Of a DNA stretch of 40,263 bases, positions 28,001 through 37,526 are shown piece by piece. Below the pieces are notes generated by a model. The model did no database searches. It was not told the DNA's origin and saw only the letters and a list, made by a program, of their open reading frames with translations. The stretch spans positions 1 through 40,263 of the IMG/VR virus record IMGVR_UViG_3300017745_000022; one strand, given 5' to 3'. The DNA comes from a virus (lineage: Duplodnaviria > Caudoviricetes). The translations under genes were made by a program, and so were the position numbers. Every line of letters begins with the position of its first letter. The first letter of the stretch is position 1.

Positions 28001-30544
28001 AGGGTAGTAAGATAAATATTCTCTACTAATCTCTGAGTCGGCATAATCATCAAATTTAATTATTGGTTTTAATGAAGGTAAAACAAAATTAAAATTATGA
28101 CCAGTCATCGGATCAAATGTTATACCTGGATTTGGTGTTCTAAAATTTGGAGAATCTAAATTTAAATAAGCGGGAGGTATGACAGCTTCATCAGTTAAAG
28201 TGAGAAGTGGTTTTGACTTTAAATAAAGTCGACTTCTAGGAGTATTTTTATATTGAAGATCAGGGGGTGTTGTGTATGCTGTTACATTACCATCACTATC
28301 TGTAAGATTGTTATATATAACTGATTGTGGTGTAAATCCTTCACTCGAAGTTACATCAACAGTGCTATCAAAATTAAATAAATCACCTCTAAATATTAAA
28401 TAACCCATATCATTTAAAGCTTCATCTTTTATATTTTCTTGATAAGATTTTCCAGTGATAATAGATTTAAGGTTTTCTAATTTTTTTATGAAAGGCTCTC
28501 TTATTCCAGCAGGTACATTACTACCAGCAACAAAGCTATGTACGACCTTTAGTGGGTTTACGTGGCCAGGATATTGCTCTGCAAATGTTGTTTCGCTACT
28601 AGTAGCTTTTAAGTAAGGTAAACAGTTTTCGTATACATTTATGTATTGATTGTATTCATATTGAGGCGCCAATTGTTCTGCTGGTCCAAAAGTTCTAAAT
28701 AATGTCGATCTTGATGTCCAAACCGATGTCAAAGTTCCAAAACTGTTGCCTATACCTAATCCATGAATAATATTTCCTCTATATTTTCTAGGAGTGTTGC
28801 CATCTAATGTATTTTTTGTGTTTGCTTTAAGACCGTTAGCAAATCCTTGCCACGTATTAGATTGATTGTAAAAACTATCTTGAGAATATATTGATAGCAT
28901 TAAATAAACAGGACTCTTATACCCAAGGGTTTTAACAGTATCTAAATCTGCAGAATTTGTACCCCTAAAAGCTGTGGGTATATCTCTTGGAATGTATTGC
29001 GTCCTTGCATTGACATAATAATTTACTCCAACCTGATGTGTGTATACATTATAGCCCGCCATTGAGGATAAAAGAAATTTGATATTATTTTTATCAACTA
29101 CATTTTTTTTCCAATCTTCGGTTTCTAAAATATATGGGGTATACGTATAACCACCTTCCTTATAATATGCTGAAGCTGCAGCTACTATATTTAAGTCCTG
29201 TCCATACTCAAACCAATGAGCAAGTCTTGGTCCATAACCTTGTGTAGCGGTTGAATTTACTGGAAGGGCGTCTGCAGTCCCCGCTATTTGTATTTTCGGC
29301 CTATAAAACCCAGTAATAATATTTATGGTATCGTTTATACCACTAATCATAAAATCTTTGTATCCAGTACTTCCCGTAACAAAACTATCACCTTTTAAAT
29401 CAGCATTTGTTAAAGTAATTGAAGGTTCTATATCAATTATTTGCTCCTCTATCTCAGCATCTGTACCAACAAAATTTAACATACCTCTTTGAAATGTAGA
29501 AGTGTGAGTGGTGTAAGCCCTCGATGTGTTATTCATATAATTTTTGATGTAACTAGCATGTTGCGCATTTATTTTCACACTAGACGCATAAGCTCCACCA
29601 ACATGAAATGGTTTAATAGTATTTGTTCTTCGACAATGAGAGAGCTTACCCATTTTAGTGTTAAATAATTTTACTAAAGCTCCAGATTGAGGTAAATTAT
29701 AACTATAAATTACATCTCCAAAACCTTTTTGTCCTTCATCTATTAATCGTTCTCCAGCCTGTTCTGACCTTCTTATAATTTGTGTATATACAAAATCTGG
29801 ATTAAAAGCTGTTGGTAAGTAAAAAGCGGTATTTGGAATTTGCCATGGAAACGCTACAGTTGACTTCGTATATTCGTTGCCAACACCAATATCTGTGTCC
29901 ATAACCCAAACCAATCTCTGTACAGAATTTCCTGCAGCGTCTTCTACAGTCCTTTGAATTCTATAAAATGCTATTCGATCAGTAAGAGGCAAACCAATCG
30001 TAGATTCTAATTGCCAATTGCCTTCATTTGTCAAAACATACTTTCCATTTAAACTACTATAAAGATTGGAAGTTAAAATAAAACTATCTCCAGCGGTCAA
30101 ATTTAAATCATCAAAATTTTGATTAACTGGCCTTGTTTCCGAATATGATACAGGTTTGATTGCATCAACTAGAAAATTTCTTGAATTATTTATTGAAGTA
30201 ACTTCAAATTGCGGTTCTTCATCAAACGTTTTAACTACAGTATTATCAAAATAAGTAGCTTCCATTGGATCATTAGTAGAGAGGCCAAATGTATTTACAA
30301 AACCTTCTACTGGCCCTTCTGAAATTAAATCTAAAAGCGTGACTTCAGAGTGTGATTTGTTTCCTATTGTTGTTTGTGGTGGATTTAATCCTCGATATCT
30401 TAACCCCAAACCTTTTTGAACTACAGATAGTCTTACACTTAGTTGGTCAGAAAAAGTATCTGCTTGAGCTTGCGTTTGAAACGCAAAAATATCTTGACCT
30501 AAAATATTACGCTCAAGTGCTTTCTTTCTATAATACTCTTTCAT
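25022..30544 (-). CDS. tail tip / host-specificity protein J (paralogue 1)
   Basis: DLISEGPVEGFV, VPSNY, YNGDWDGTFKQGWTDNPAW, EPRFSCN, GATSRGQALR, YRVLSI, YAIRATEY. Confidence 0.9.
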   Translation of the reverse strand: MKEYYRKKALERNILGQDIFAFQTQAQADTFSDQLSVRLSVVQKGLGLRYRGLNPPQTTIGNKSHSEVTLLDLISEGPVEGFVNTFGLSTNDPMEATYFDNTVVKTFDEEPQFEVTSINNSRNFLVDAIKPVSYSETRPVNQNFDDLNLTAGDSFILTSNLYSSLNGKYVLTNEGNWQLESTIGLPLTDRIAFYRIQRTVEDAAGNSVQRLVWVMDTDIGVGNEYTKSTVAFPWQIPNTAFYLPTAFNPDFVYTQIIRRSEQAGERLIDEGQKGFGDVIYSYNLPQSGALVKLFNTKMGKLSHCRRTNTIKPFHVGGAYASSVKINAQHASYIKNYMNNTSRAYTTHTSTFQRGMLNFVGTDAEIEEQIIDIEPSITLTNADLKGDSFVTGSTGYKDFMISGINDTINIITGFYRPKIQIAGTADALPVNSTATQGYGPRLAHWFEYGQDLNIVAAASAYYKEGGYTYTPYILETEDWKKNVVDKNNIKFLLSSMAGYNVYTHQVGVNYYVNARTQYIPRDIPTAFRGTNSADLDTVKTLGYKSPVYLMLSIYSQDSFYNQSNTWQGFANGLKANTKNTLDGNTPRKYRGNIIHGLGIGNSFGTLTSVWTSRSTLFRTFGPAEQLAPQYEYNQYINVYENCLPYLKATSSETTFAEQYPGHVNPLKVVHSFVAGSNVPAGIREPFIKKLENLKSIITGKSYQENIKDEALNDMGYLIFRGDLFNFDSTVDVTSSEGFTPQSVIYNNLTDSDGNVTAYTTPPDLQYKNTPRSRLYLKSKPLLTLTDEAVIPPAYLNLDSPNFRTPNPGITFDPMTGHNFNFVLPSLKPIIKFDDYADSEISREYLSYYPFYGNRLRVNGDARTDADYYRSSFLRKRGEFFTFTQTRNANSYTFQATEPTDTIPYEVQLALAAITRNPYYISTETSNSVDYNYNLRNISQTSQPHGVQIYDMDSNRYVGSFAYPIYLGPNGEARKPNGEVDMDKVLVQANDPDKNIKILQGVNGNYDVIVTDSFGFKYGNAANPYASHTPAVMNGKYINVSRKTSLRAKYNFDNLSIKYRDGSETQLPLESEVLNSVSISTLLLGPVGTNEQIRTDLQQTGILSGTLSVGAYQGNQSKHFIDGVDFTNQENQRAGADGNIVKHIIHNPYVSKIQVCFLINALNRNVAEELNPFQFRAVETSESLAVRIEIGFENVNYTPIIQDKTYVGRVTDGYSVDTAPYDLPKYNEIVNQFPDLTKQQVIEKCPRYVKVKKLSYETDSPFIQKSIRVSHMNEIVEEKFTYPNSSIIKIRFDSRNYSSIPVRTYTMRLKKVLVPSNYFPLLDNGKDKRFLTNTEKTTVGLQNIYNGDWDGTFKQGWTDNPAWIIYDLLINKVYGIGNRLDSVEDIDVFNLYKIAKYCDAVDNNGNFVGVPDGENGLEPRFSCNVLFNSSQNPYNMINDVASVFNGKCYWDGEAVNFYCDKPEPVAAFFNNENVEDGLFNYEDTANVSHFNLIKVEYKDKKDKFMYKIASVSDEEALRLNGPISTTISAPGATSRGQALRKAKYVMLSNKLETEIVNFATGPEALTMGIGDVIQINDEIKEFEPAFAQVIEIVNDTNFRISKDFDLTKWSTSNPLFVYNTNQTDKGLKETVESIKFGESNFGQVAESQYKVNIGDEVPVLIITDQGDHYLVTHSATFNAKDLHVGSYVGTNLNDSEPLKYRVLSIEPKESNLYAIRATEYRQEKYNLIETQDGDNFGFEDTTKKNIGEPSHVVKTATEPDSFTTNLVQNSAGIRDLEVDIVGSLSGTETHYIVQLISKSPISVREKKVLKGSISNSKYRSSFTFRNIESYGDYEVTVKSIIE

Positions 30545-31272
30545 TAGTAATTAGAAAATAAATTAAATGAAGAATTTCCAAAAACTTCTTGTATCTTTAA
30601 TAATGCATTAGATCTTGAAATTTCAGAATTACCTGGCTGTCTATCATTTTCCAAATCAAAAGATGTTAACGTAGATTGTACAACAGATGAGCCTATTCTC
30701 AAAGTTCCATAACCAAGACCGACAGGTTGACCTTGTCTAGTCATATTCACTGGTGAAGAAAAAGCGTAAGAAAGGTTACTAATACCAACTTCTTGCATCA
30801 TTTCTTCAACTTTTCCAGCAAAAGGTTCTGTTTCTGGTATCGATGTAGTTAAGTATACAATTCCAGTTATAATTAAACCAACACCCAAGGCACCCATTGC
30901 TGCAACCGCCCAAACAGGTAAAGCGGGCGCAAAAACAATAGCGGCAACTATCAAAATAACGCCAACAACAATTTCCTTAAATTTCTCCCAAACTTTTTTC
31001 TGCCCATAAATCGATGGAGCAATGTCTATTGTTTTAATAAATTCTTCTGAATTTTCTTTTAGATTTCCACACGAAACTATTTGATCATCATTCGCAATCA
31101 TTTCATAACACATTCCATTTTTTGTAGCCTGATTTGTTATGTACTTTTTGAAACCTGGAAACAACATTTCTATAGCATCTAAAGCATCACTTGGTTTATT
31201 TATATTAGCGAATTCAAATTCGCTTCCATAAATTTTAGCTATTTTTCCATGTAATATTATTTTAGTTTTCAT
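30544..31272 (-). CDS. tail assembly protein I (paralogue 2)
   Basis: IILHGKIAKIYG, IDIAPSIYG, hydrophobic middle, QGQPVGLGYGTLRIGSSVV. Confidence 0.85.
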   Translation of the reverse strand: MKTKIILHGKIAKIYGSEFEFANINKPSDALDAIEMLFPGFKKYITNQATKNGMCYEMIANDDQIVSCGNLKENSEEFIKTIDIAPSIYGQKKVWEKFKEIVVGVILIVAAIVFAPALPVWAVAAMGALGVGLIITGIVYLTTSIPETEPFAGKVEEMMQEVGISNLSYAFSSPVNMTRQGQPVGLGYGTLRIGSSVVQSTLTSFDLENDRQPGNSEISRSNALLKIQEVFGNSSFNLFSNY

Positions 31273-31925
31273 CAGTAACCTCCTCCTCCACTGTCTTCTT
31301 CTCTTGTGTAATCCGTGGCCGCATCATCGTAATTTTGTCCGTAACCGAAATTAACTACATTCTCATCATCAGATCCATAATTAATATCTGGATCAAATTG
31401 AGCGCCAAACGTTGAATCGTAATTTTTTTGACTAACTCCAACAACTTTACTTCCAACTCTCAAATAACCATACCCGATTGGAACCACCTCTCCTTGTTGC
31501 GTAGCATTTCCTGGAGACATCATTGAGAATGATTTACCTCCTATATCTAACGTGGCAGTGCCAGCAAATTCTTCATCTACTGTTGCTAGTTTTGATATGC
31601 CGTGTAAAGCTATAGCAGAATTTAATGCCAAACTTGATAAAAATGTACCGCCTGCATAACTTCCTTTTCCTGCTATCATTGGAGCTATTTCTATTTTATT
31701 TATTTTTTTATTTTTAAATACTTCTCCACTTTTTTTCTGTTTTTCTTCATCTACAAAAATTTCATAAAAAACTCCATCACTAGCTTGGTTCATTATATGC
31801 ACTTTAAAACCCTCCTTAATGCAATCTACAGCTTTAACTGCATCAATAGCTTTTTTGATATTTGAAAATTTATGTTTTTTACCAAACTTTTTTCCTAAGT
31901 CTCCATGTAAAATTATTTCAGTCAT
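31272..31925 (-). CDS. tail assembly protein I (paralogue 1)
   Basis: IILHGDLGKKFG, IEIAPMIAG, QGEVVPIGYGYLRVGSKVV. Confidence 0.85.
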   Translation of the reverse strand: MTEIILHGDLGKKFGKKHKFSNIKKAIDAVKAVDCIKEGFKVHIMNQASDGVFYEIFVDEEKQKKSGEVFKNKKINKIEIAPMIAGKGSYAGGTFLSSLALNSAIALHGISKLATVDEEFAGTATLDIGGKSFSMMSPGNATQQGEVVPIGYGYLRVGSKVVGVSQKNYDSTFGAQFDPDINYGSDDENVVNFGYGQNYDDAATDYTREEDSGGGGY

Positions 31926-32308
31926 TTTAAAACTTCTTTCAACTCCTCTAAATGTTTTGGATCTGCATCGCTAACTTCTGGCACGTGCACGTGGAATTTA
32001 TCTTTTTTTAACGAATAGATAATAAATGGATAACAGATTAAATCTGAAGTTTTTTCATCATATTCTGATGGTTTTTCAGTTCCTCTTGTATGTGAATGAT
32101 AAATTCCAACAAGATTGTATTTTTTCTTAAAGAACAGGAAATCTTTTGAAGGTATATAAAATTCTTTATCTGGATTTAAAGATCTATTTTTAACTGATCT
32201 CATTTTTAATTGGTTATCATCCTCAAAAATAAACCCACAAACTTCATTTGTTGTATCTTTTGCGCAGTCAGCTATTATTTCTTCTTTTAAATTTATTTTA
32301 GTATCCAT
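31922..32308 (-). CDS. tail assembly protein K, JAB/MPN metalloprotease domain only
   Basis: EVCGF and HSH-x7-S-x2-D. Start at 32308 (MDTKINL) preferred because it gives a short overlap with L. Confidence 0.85.
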   Translation of the reverse strand: MDTKINLKEEIIADCAKDTTNEVCGFIFEDDNQLKMRSVKNRSLNPDKEFYIPSKDFLFFKKKYNLVGIYHSHTRGTEKPSEYDEKTSDLICYPFIIYSLKKDKFHVHVPEVSDADPKHLEELKEVLK

Positions 32309-33353
32309 ATTTTTCTGTTCCAGGGAACCCTCCATAAGGTAAAGCTTGTCCCGCATTTAAAGCATCGGTGCTCCAGTCATCATTGGCAAACCTAAATTTA
32401 CAAGCGCCCAGTTTTTTAGAACAAACATCTTTCTTCCATTTGGTTGGTGCTTTTTGTGGATGATTGTCGTTACTTGCAGTATGATCAGAAATGCACAAAT
32501 AAAATACTGGATGCTGTTGATAGTAGTTCGCTGTTAAGCCTTGGCCAGCTAAAGCTCTTTCACTGATCGTAAAAACATAATCGCCTTTATTATAAGTTCC
32601 AGCAGTTGATTTCCATAGACCTCTAGAATTAAAACAACTAGATACAGTGCTCTTATCACTTGTGAATTTAACTCCTGCTCCTAAAGCTTCCTCATTTAAA
32701 TTCCATTTAGTTGCAGACCCTGTAACAAATAAATTGTCGTCAATGTTTGCAATAGGTCTATCAGTCGTTGATTTATAACCATATCTACATCCATAACCTC
32801 TATATATCCATGGGCAATATCTAGCAGCTATTCTTCTACCTGGTATATCTATATTCTCTAGCTCCAAACTTGTAACTAATTCAAATTCAACCAAAACTTT
32901 ATTTTCCGTAGTTTTTCTAGAAATAAAATATTTATCATCTGGCATTTTGGCATTTGGGTTAGCAGTACCCCAGGGATTTTCGTTATTTGGGAAATTTACA
33001 TCATCTATAAATTTGGCGTATGTTCTTTTTCTGACTAATTTAGCGTTGTTTAAATTATTATATTTTCTCAATAATGAGGAAATGTACATACCTGCATTTG
33101 AAACTCTTAGTTTAGGCCTAGGTAGTCTTTGGTCGCCAAGTAAATCAAATCCCTCGGTTTCAACTGGTATTGGCAGGTATTCTTGGCCATCGAATATAAT
33201 TTTATCATCTACGCCATTCATTCCACCGTGGAAGTTTATTTGCGCTTGAGAATCATTCTGATAATCATAATAAAGGGTATATAGCTCCAATAACGCTGTT
33301 GGCTCTACATCAAAAATAGCCTGTTTAAATTGTTGATTTATTCCCTTCGCCAT
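32298..33353 (-). CDS. minor tail protein L
   Basis: LLELY, Y.PIP.E.EGF, PRP.L.VSN, FEL, CPWIYRGYGC, DVCSKKLGACKFRF, PYGGFPG. Confidence 0.92.
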   Translation of the reverse strand: MAKGINQQFKQAIFDVEPTALLELYTLYYDYQNDSQAQINFHGGMNGVDDKIIFDGQEYLPIPVETEGFDLLGDQRLPRPKLRVSNAGMYISSLLRKYNNLNNAKLVRKRTYAKFIDDVNFPNNENPWGTANPNAKMPDDKYFISRKTTENKVLVEFELVTSLELENIDIPGRRIAARYCPWIYRGYGCRYGYKSTTDRPIANIDDNLFVTGSATKWNLNEEALGAGVKFTSDKSTVSSCFNSRGLWKSTAGTYNKGDYVFTISERALAGQGLTANYYQQHPVFYLCISDHTASNDNHPQKAPTKWKKDVCSKKLGACKFRFANDDWSTDALNAGQALPYGGFPGTEKYGY

Positions 33354-33360
33354 GTAGTAT
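33333..33360 (+). promoter_or_regulatory. sigma70-like promoter TTGATT-16-TAGTAT
   Basis: Overlaps the start of L on the opposite strand and points to the ATG at 33374. Confidence 0.5.
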
Positions 33361-33367
33361 ATTACAC
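33354..33367 (-). promoter_or_regulatory. GTGTAA-N8-ATG motif heading the tail-tip operon
   Basis: Minus strand reads GTGTAA TATACTAC ATG, in a 20-nt divergent gap. Confidence 0.7.
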
Positions 33368-33373
33368 CGAAAT

Positions 33374-33892
33374 ATGAAAAAATATACTAAAATCAACAAA
33401 CTCGATTATAGAGAATTTGATTCTTCAGATTTTAATGAAGTATTTAAAATATTTTTAGAATTTCAATTAGTTAATAAAATGTCGGATTGGGATAATCCAG
33501 TTAAAGGCGTTAGTGACATGATGAAACACACTTATTGGATAACAGAATTTATGACATTTACAAAAAGATGTCGTTATAAGTACGTTGTAATAGATACAGA
33601 AACACAAGATATGGTTGGTTTCATATACTTTTCAGAGGGTGTATTTTCTGTTAGAAGTGAAGTTTTAGAATTACAGCTAATATGCAAAAAAACAAAATAT
33701 AGATTTTGCTTAGAAATGAAAAGATGTTTAGAAAGTGTAATAGATATAATAAGGAATGATAGGAAAGTGTATGCAGTTTTGGGAGAAAGGGAAAAATTTG
33801 ATAAATATTTAAAATTTTTAAAAAAAGTTTTTAATGTAAAAGTTTTAGATAAAGATCAATTTGGAAATACCCTTATTGAATTTGATTATTAA
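33374..33892 (+). CDS. GNAT-like fold protein
   Basis: YREF...DF..V, YVVID....MVGFI, then a strand-helix pattern; no clear acetyl-CoA motif A. Confidence 0.5.
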   Translation: MKKYTKINKLDYREFDSSDFNEVFKIFLEFQLVNKMSDWDNPVKGVSDMMKHTYWITEFMTFTKRCRYKYVVIDTETQDMVGFIYFSEGVFSVRSEVLELQLICKKTKYRFCLEMKRCLESVIDIIRNDRKVYAVLGEREKFDKYLKFLKKVFNVKVLDKDQFGNTLIEFDY

Positions 33893-33894
33893 GT

Positions 33895-36800
33895 ATGCCA
33901 GATTTTAGGATAGAAAAAGGAGGTTTAACTCATTTTGAAATGGGTCATATGTTTGTGTTAAAATCTGGAGAGGGTAAATATGCAGTTGGAGATCCTCATC
34001 CAGGAGATCTTTCTGTTGATAATTATTACACAAAAACGCCTTGGACTCATGAAATTGAAATAGGCGCCAGATGTAAAGAAAAAAGATCCTTTTTTGCTCA
34101 CAGTTGCATGGACCTTCAATTTGTTGTTCCAGGTGGCGTTACCACTGCTGCTGCCGCCCAAAACCCCCATTCACTTACTAACGCTCAGAAAAAAGCTTAT
34201 GCTGAAAAACATTTCCCAAGTCATGTATCCGCAGATATAAAATTTGACGGAACAATAAACAACATAACAAATATAAATGACGGAAGAGGCACTCATATGA
34301 ATGAGGGTTATGATTGTAGATTTACTTGCGACACTGGTATGATTCACGCCCAAGAAGTTAAGGGAGCTGTTCCAGAGCTAAATGCAATGAACAAATACGA
34401 TATTCCCAATAGTGAGGTTGATCCATTTGGTAATACGACTGTTGCTACTATGTCTGTCCCCAAAACTTATGGTTATGTTTTTATAGAAAGTATGGATCGA
34501 CGTTTGTGGGCAGATGGCTCGAGCCCTAGAGTATACGATTATACAGAAAGAAATCTTTATACATCTCAAAATTTTAATGATCATCCTACCAATCCAAGCC
34601 TAAATGATGCGACTATTAATACACCCGATCCTCAAGGTCAAATTACACTAGCGGGAAGAAACGCGTTTGGTATTTTGAGAAAAGCTGGGGATTATGCTAA
34701 TCTTATAAAACAGTATGGTAATGCTTTTAATGCAGCTACAGTGGGTTACTCATTTAGAAAATTACCCCCATTAACAGATGAATGGGTTAGATTAGCTTTC
34801 CCATTTCAACCAAGAATATACACAGATGTTGTGGGTATATCTCCATGCTGTAATCAAGTAACATACGAAGAGGGCTTAGAAAACAATATAAATATAGCAG
34901 CTAACAAATTTGTTAGAACTAATAATAATTTTGAATTTTTTCAAGCAGGTATTTCATCATATACGCCAAACAATGCAAAACAAGGACCTTTCCCTACAGG
35001 AACTGCAAATAATGGTCGTTCTAATGTTGGTTTTTACTACATAGATAGTGCTGGTGGATATGGTGAGCATGTCATAGGTTTTAGCTCGGGCGTAGGCGCT
35101 TCCGATTACACTGCATCTCAAGGTACAACTTTAAGAGTGGAATTTTTCTACGGAGGCCTTGGTGTTTTCACTGGTAGTTATCAGGACTCTACACACAGCC
35201 CGAATTCAGAAGTGGGTGCTCCAGTACATAATACAACTAACAATAATTCTAGTTTAAGAGTTCCAATGCCCACAACAAATAATATATCAAAATTTGAGGT
35301 AACTCTTGAACAGGCTGACGCTACTTTTGATTTGGGTTATTCTAACAAAGCTTCATCTACAGTTTTTCGCCCAAAAGTAACAGCAAATTCCCATACATTT
35401 GTCCAAGATTTTCCATTAAATTTAGGAGGCGCTAGGAGTATTAGATTTAAAAGTCTTAACAATAATTCTGATGAACTTATTTTTATAACTGGGATTAAGG
35501 TTTATGAAGTTGGGGCGCAAGACACAACAGTCACTAAATGGGACTCTTATCATCCCCTTGAAAATCCAAGATTTAATATTGGTGCAAGAATGTCTATTAT
35601 ACAGCAATCCATAAGGGAACCCACTTTCCCCTATCCCTATAAGTGTACATTTGAAAGTGGTTTGCCTTATTATACCACTGATGGCAATCTTCCAGATCTA
35701 AGTAGAGATAGAAGAATAGAACCAGATTTAAGGACAAGCAATAATAATCGAGCAACTCACCCAATTTATTCAGGTTTTGGGAACCCCTGCGCGTTTCAAG
35801 GTGTTGGTAAAGATGGTCATGATCCTCATTATCATAGTGATTTCACAAGGGGTCATAAAATGGTCTACTCTGGCGAATATGATTCTGGTTGTGCTGGTGC
35901 AGTTAATGTTATTATAAATGATGATTTTAACGTAGCGCCAAATGTTTTAAAAGGTGATCATAAGCCACTTTTTGTTTATTCAGCTTGGTACAAAGAAAAA
36001 AATGGGCAAACATTAGTTTGGGGCATGCAAGTAGAAAAACATAATGATTTTAAAGATTTTTTAAGTATGGGTCCAAATGGAAATGCAGATGATTTTCTTT
36101 ACTGGAGAGAAGAAAACTTACCTTATTATCATCCCTTTAGCGGAAGCACTATTAAAGACGTAATACCTTATGCTCAAAAACAAATATATAAAAACAGTAT
36201 TTATGCTGGTTGTTTGGTTGGTTATACTGGTTATTTTAACAGTGGAGTTAATCCGAGTGGGGATATATCTGGTAGCCCACATAATTGGATAGGCGAAAGA
36301 CCTGGAGATGTAAATAGAAGAATGATATTTCCTGCTGGAAAAAAAATAACCAACACTACTGGATTTCAATTAGACGGATACTCCTATGAAAGAACTGGTT
36401 TACGTGGCTTGTTGGACATTTCAAAAGGTTCAGAAATTTACGCTGTTAATGTCGGTGATTATGCATACGAAAATCCATACTCAGGTCCACAAAGAGTTCC
36501 TTCTGCTTTTCCAGTTGTAGATTTGAAAGCTGTTTATTTAGGTTTAGAAGAAATTATAGGTTGGGAAGACTACACTTATGACGATCCAGGTTATGATTTA
36601 GGTGGTGGAAACTCAACTTTTATTGAGAAAATAGAATTACAAGGAAATCAATTAAAATACAGTGCACTACCTACACAGTTAAATATTTTCACTCTTGTTC
36701 AAACAGCAACTTTTGATTTACCTTATTTTAAAGATTTATTTGTATGGAGATGTTATGACGCAAATAATATAGTACCATTCCAACTACAAATGACAGGCGC

Positions 36801-37524
36801 TTTTCCTGCACTACCAAGCACATTAGAAGTTTTCAATATGGGAGGAAATAAATTAGAGCTCACCGCTACTGATTTTGATAAAATTATTTTTGATGATGCA
36901 GGTCAAGTTTCTTTTAAGAACTCCGCCAGAAACAATATGGCTAATTTTAAATTATATGGCCCTAAGAATAATTTAGGAACAGTGTTGACCAGTTTCCCAT
37001 CTGGTTTGGAGGCTTTTGATATGAATCGAAATACATACCTTTCTACAGTTCCATTAGGTTGGGATCCACAAAGATGTTTTGATTTTAATCTAGCTGGTTG
37101 TCCGTTAACCGCTCAAAGCAAAAAGAACATTATAGATGGTTTTTATGCCAGAAGAGTTAGATTAACTACAAGTTTAGCAAATCCTGGAGGTTGGGTTTCT
37201 GAGAGTGACCCCACTGATGCTGTGATACAGGTATTGATAGATGCTCCATTTGGCTCTACTTTATCTCAAAATAATCAAACAAACCCTGAGATTAGGAATG
37301 GTTATAGATATGTAATGACGCCCAGAAAGAAGGGAAAGAGAACAGTTACAGATGGAGCCAGAATTGGAACATATAGGGTTGTGAAACAAATAAACATGGC
37401 GGCTAACGGAAACTCAAGTAATGAAACATTAAACCTAGCTGACATATCTCCATTTGATGAGATAAGTTACGGAACTAAAGTAACCGAATTACAAAGTAAA
37501 GGCTTCACAGTAACAGTAAATTAA
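33895..37524 (+). CDS. large protein with C-terminal leucine-rich-repeat-like region (putative structural or adhesin protein)
   Basis: Asn/Gly/Thr-rich; IELQGNQL, LPSTLEVFNMGGNKL, FPSGLEAFDMNRN, FNLAGCPLT; ends LQSKGFTVTVN. Confidence 0.65.
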   Translation: MPDFRIEKGGLTHFEMGHMFVLKSGEGKYAVGDPHPGDLSVDNYYTKTPWTHEIEIGARCKEKRSFFAHSCMDLQFVVPGGVTTAAAAQNPHSLTNAQKKAYAEKHFPSHVSADIKFDGTINNITNINDGRGTHMNEGYDCRFTCDTGMIHAQEVKGAVPELNAMNKYDIPNSEVDPFGNTTVATMSVPKTYGYVFIESMDRRLWADGSSPRVYDYTERNLYTSQNFNDHPTNPSLNDATINTPDPQGQITLAGRNAFGILRKAGDYANLIKQYGNAFNAATVGYSFRKLPPLTDEWVRLAFPFQPRIYTDVVGISPCCNQVTYEEGLENNINIAANKFVRTNNNFEFFQAGISSYTPNNAKQGPFPTGTANNGRSNVGFYYIDSAGGYGEHVIGFSSGVGASDYTASQGTTLRVEFFYGGLGVFTGSYQDSTHSPNSEVGAPVHNTTNNNSSLRVPMPTTNNISKFEVTLEQADATFDLGYSNKASSTVFRPKVTANSHTFVQDFPLNLGGARSIRFKSLNNNSDELIFITGIKVYEVGAQDTTVTKWDSYHPLENPRFNIGARMSIIQQSIREPTFPYPYKCTFESGLPYYTTDGNLPDLSRDRRIEPDLRTSNNNRATHPIYSGFGNPCAFQGVGKDGHDPHYHSDFTRGHKMVYSGEYDSGCAGAVNVIINDDFNVAPNVLKGDHKPLFVYSAWYKEKNGQTLVWGMQVEKHNDFKDFLSMGPNGNADDFLYWREENLPYYHPFSGSTIKDVIPYAQKQIYKNSIYAGCLVGYTGYFNSGVNPSGDISGSPHNWIGERPGDVNRRMIFPAGKKITNTTGFQLDGYSYERTGLRGLLDISKGSEIYAVNVGDYAYENPYSGPQRVPSAFPVVDLKAVYLGLEEIIGWEDYTYDDPGYDLGGGNSTFIEKIELQGNQLKYSALPTQLNIFTLVQTATFDLPYFKDLFVWRCYDANNIVPFQLQMTGAFPALPSTLEVFNMGGNKLELTATDFDKIIFDDAGQVSFKNSARNNMANFKLYGPKNNLGTVLTSFPSGLEAFDMNRNTYLSTVPLGWDPQRCFDFNLAGCPLTAQSKKNIIDGFYARRVRLTTSLANPGGWVSESDPTDAVIQVLIDAPFGSTLSQNNQTNPEIRNGYRYVMTPRKKGKRTVTDGARIGTYRVVKQINMAANGNSSNETLNLADISPFDEISYGTKVTELQSKGFTVTVN

Positions 37525-37526
37525 AT

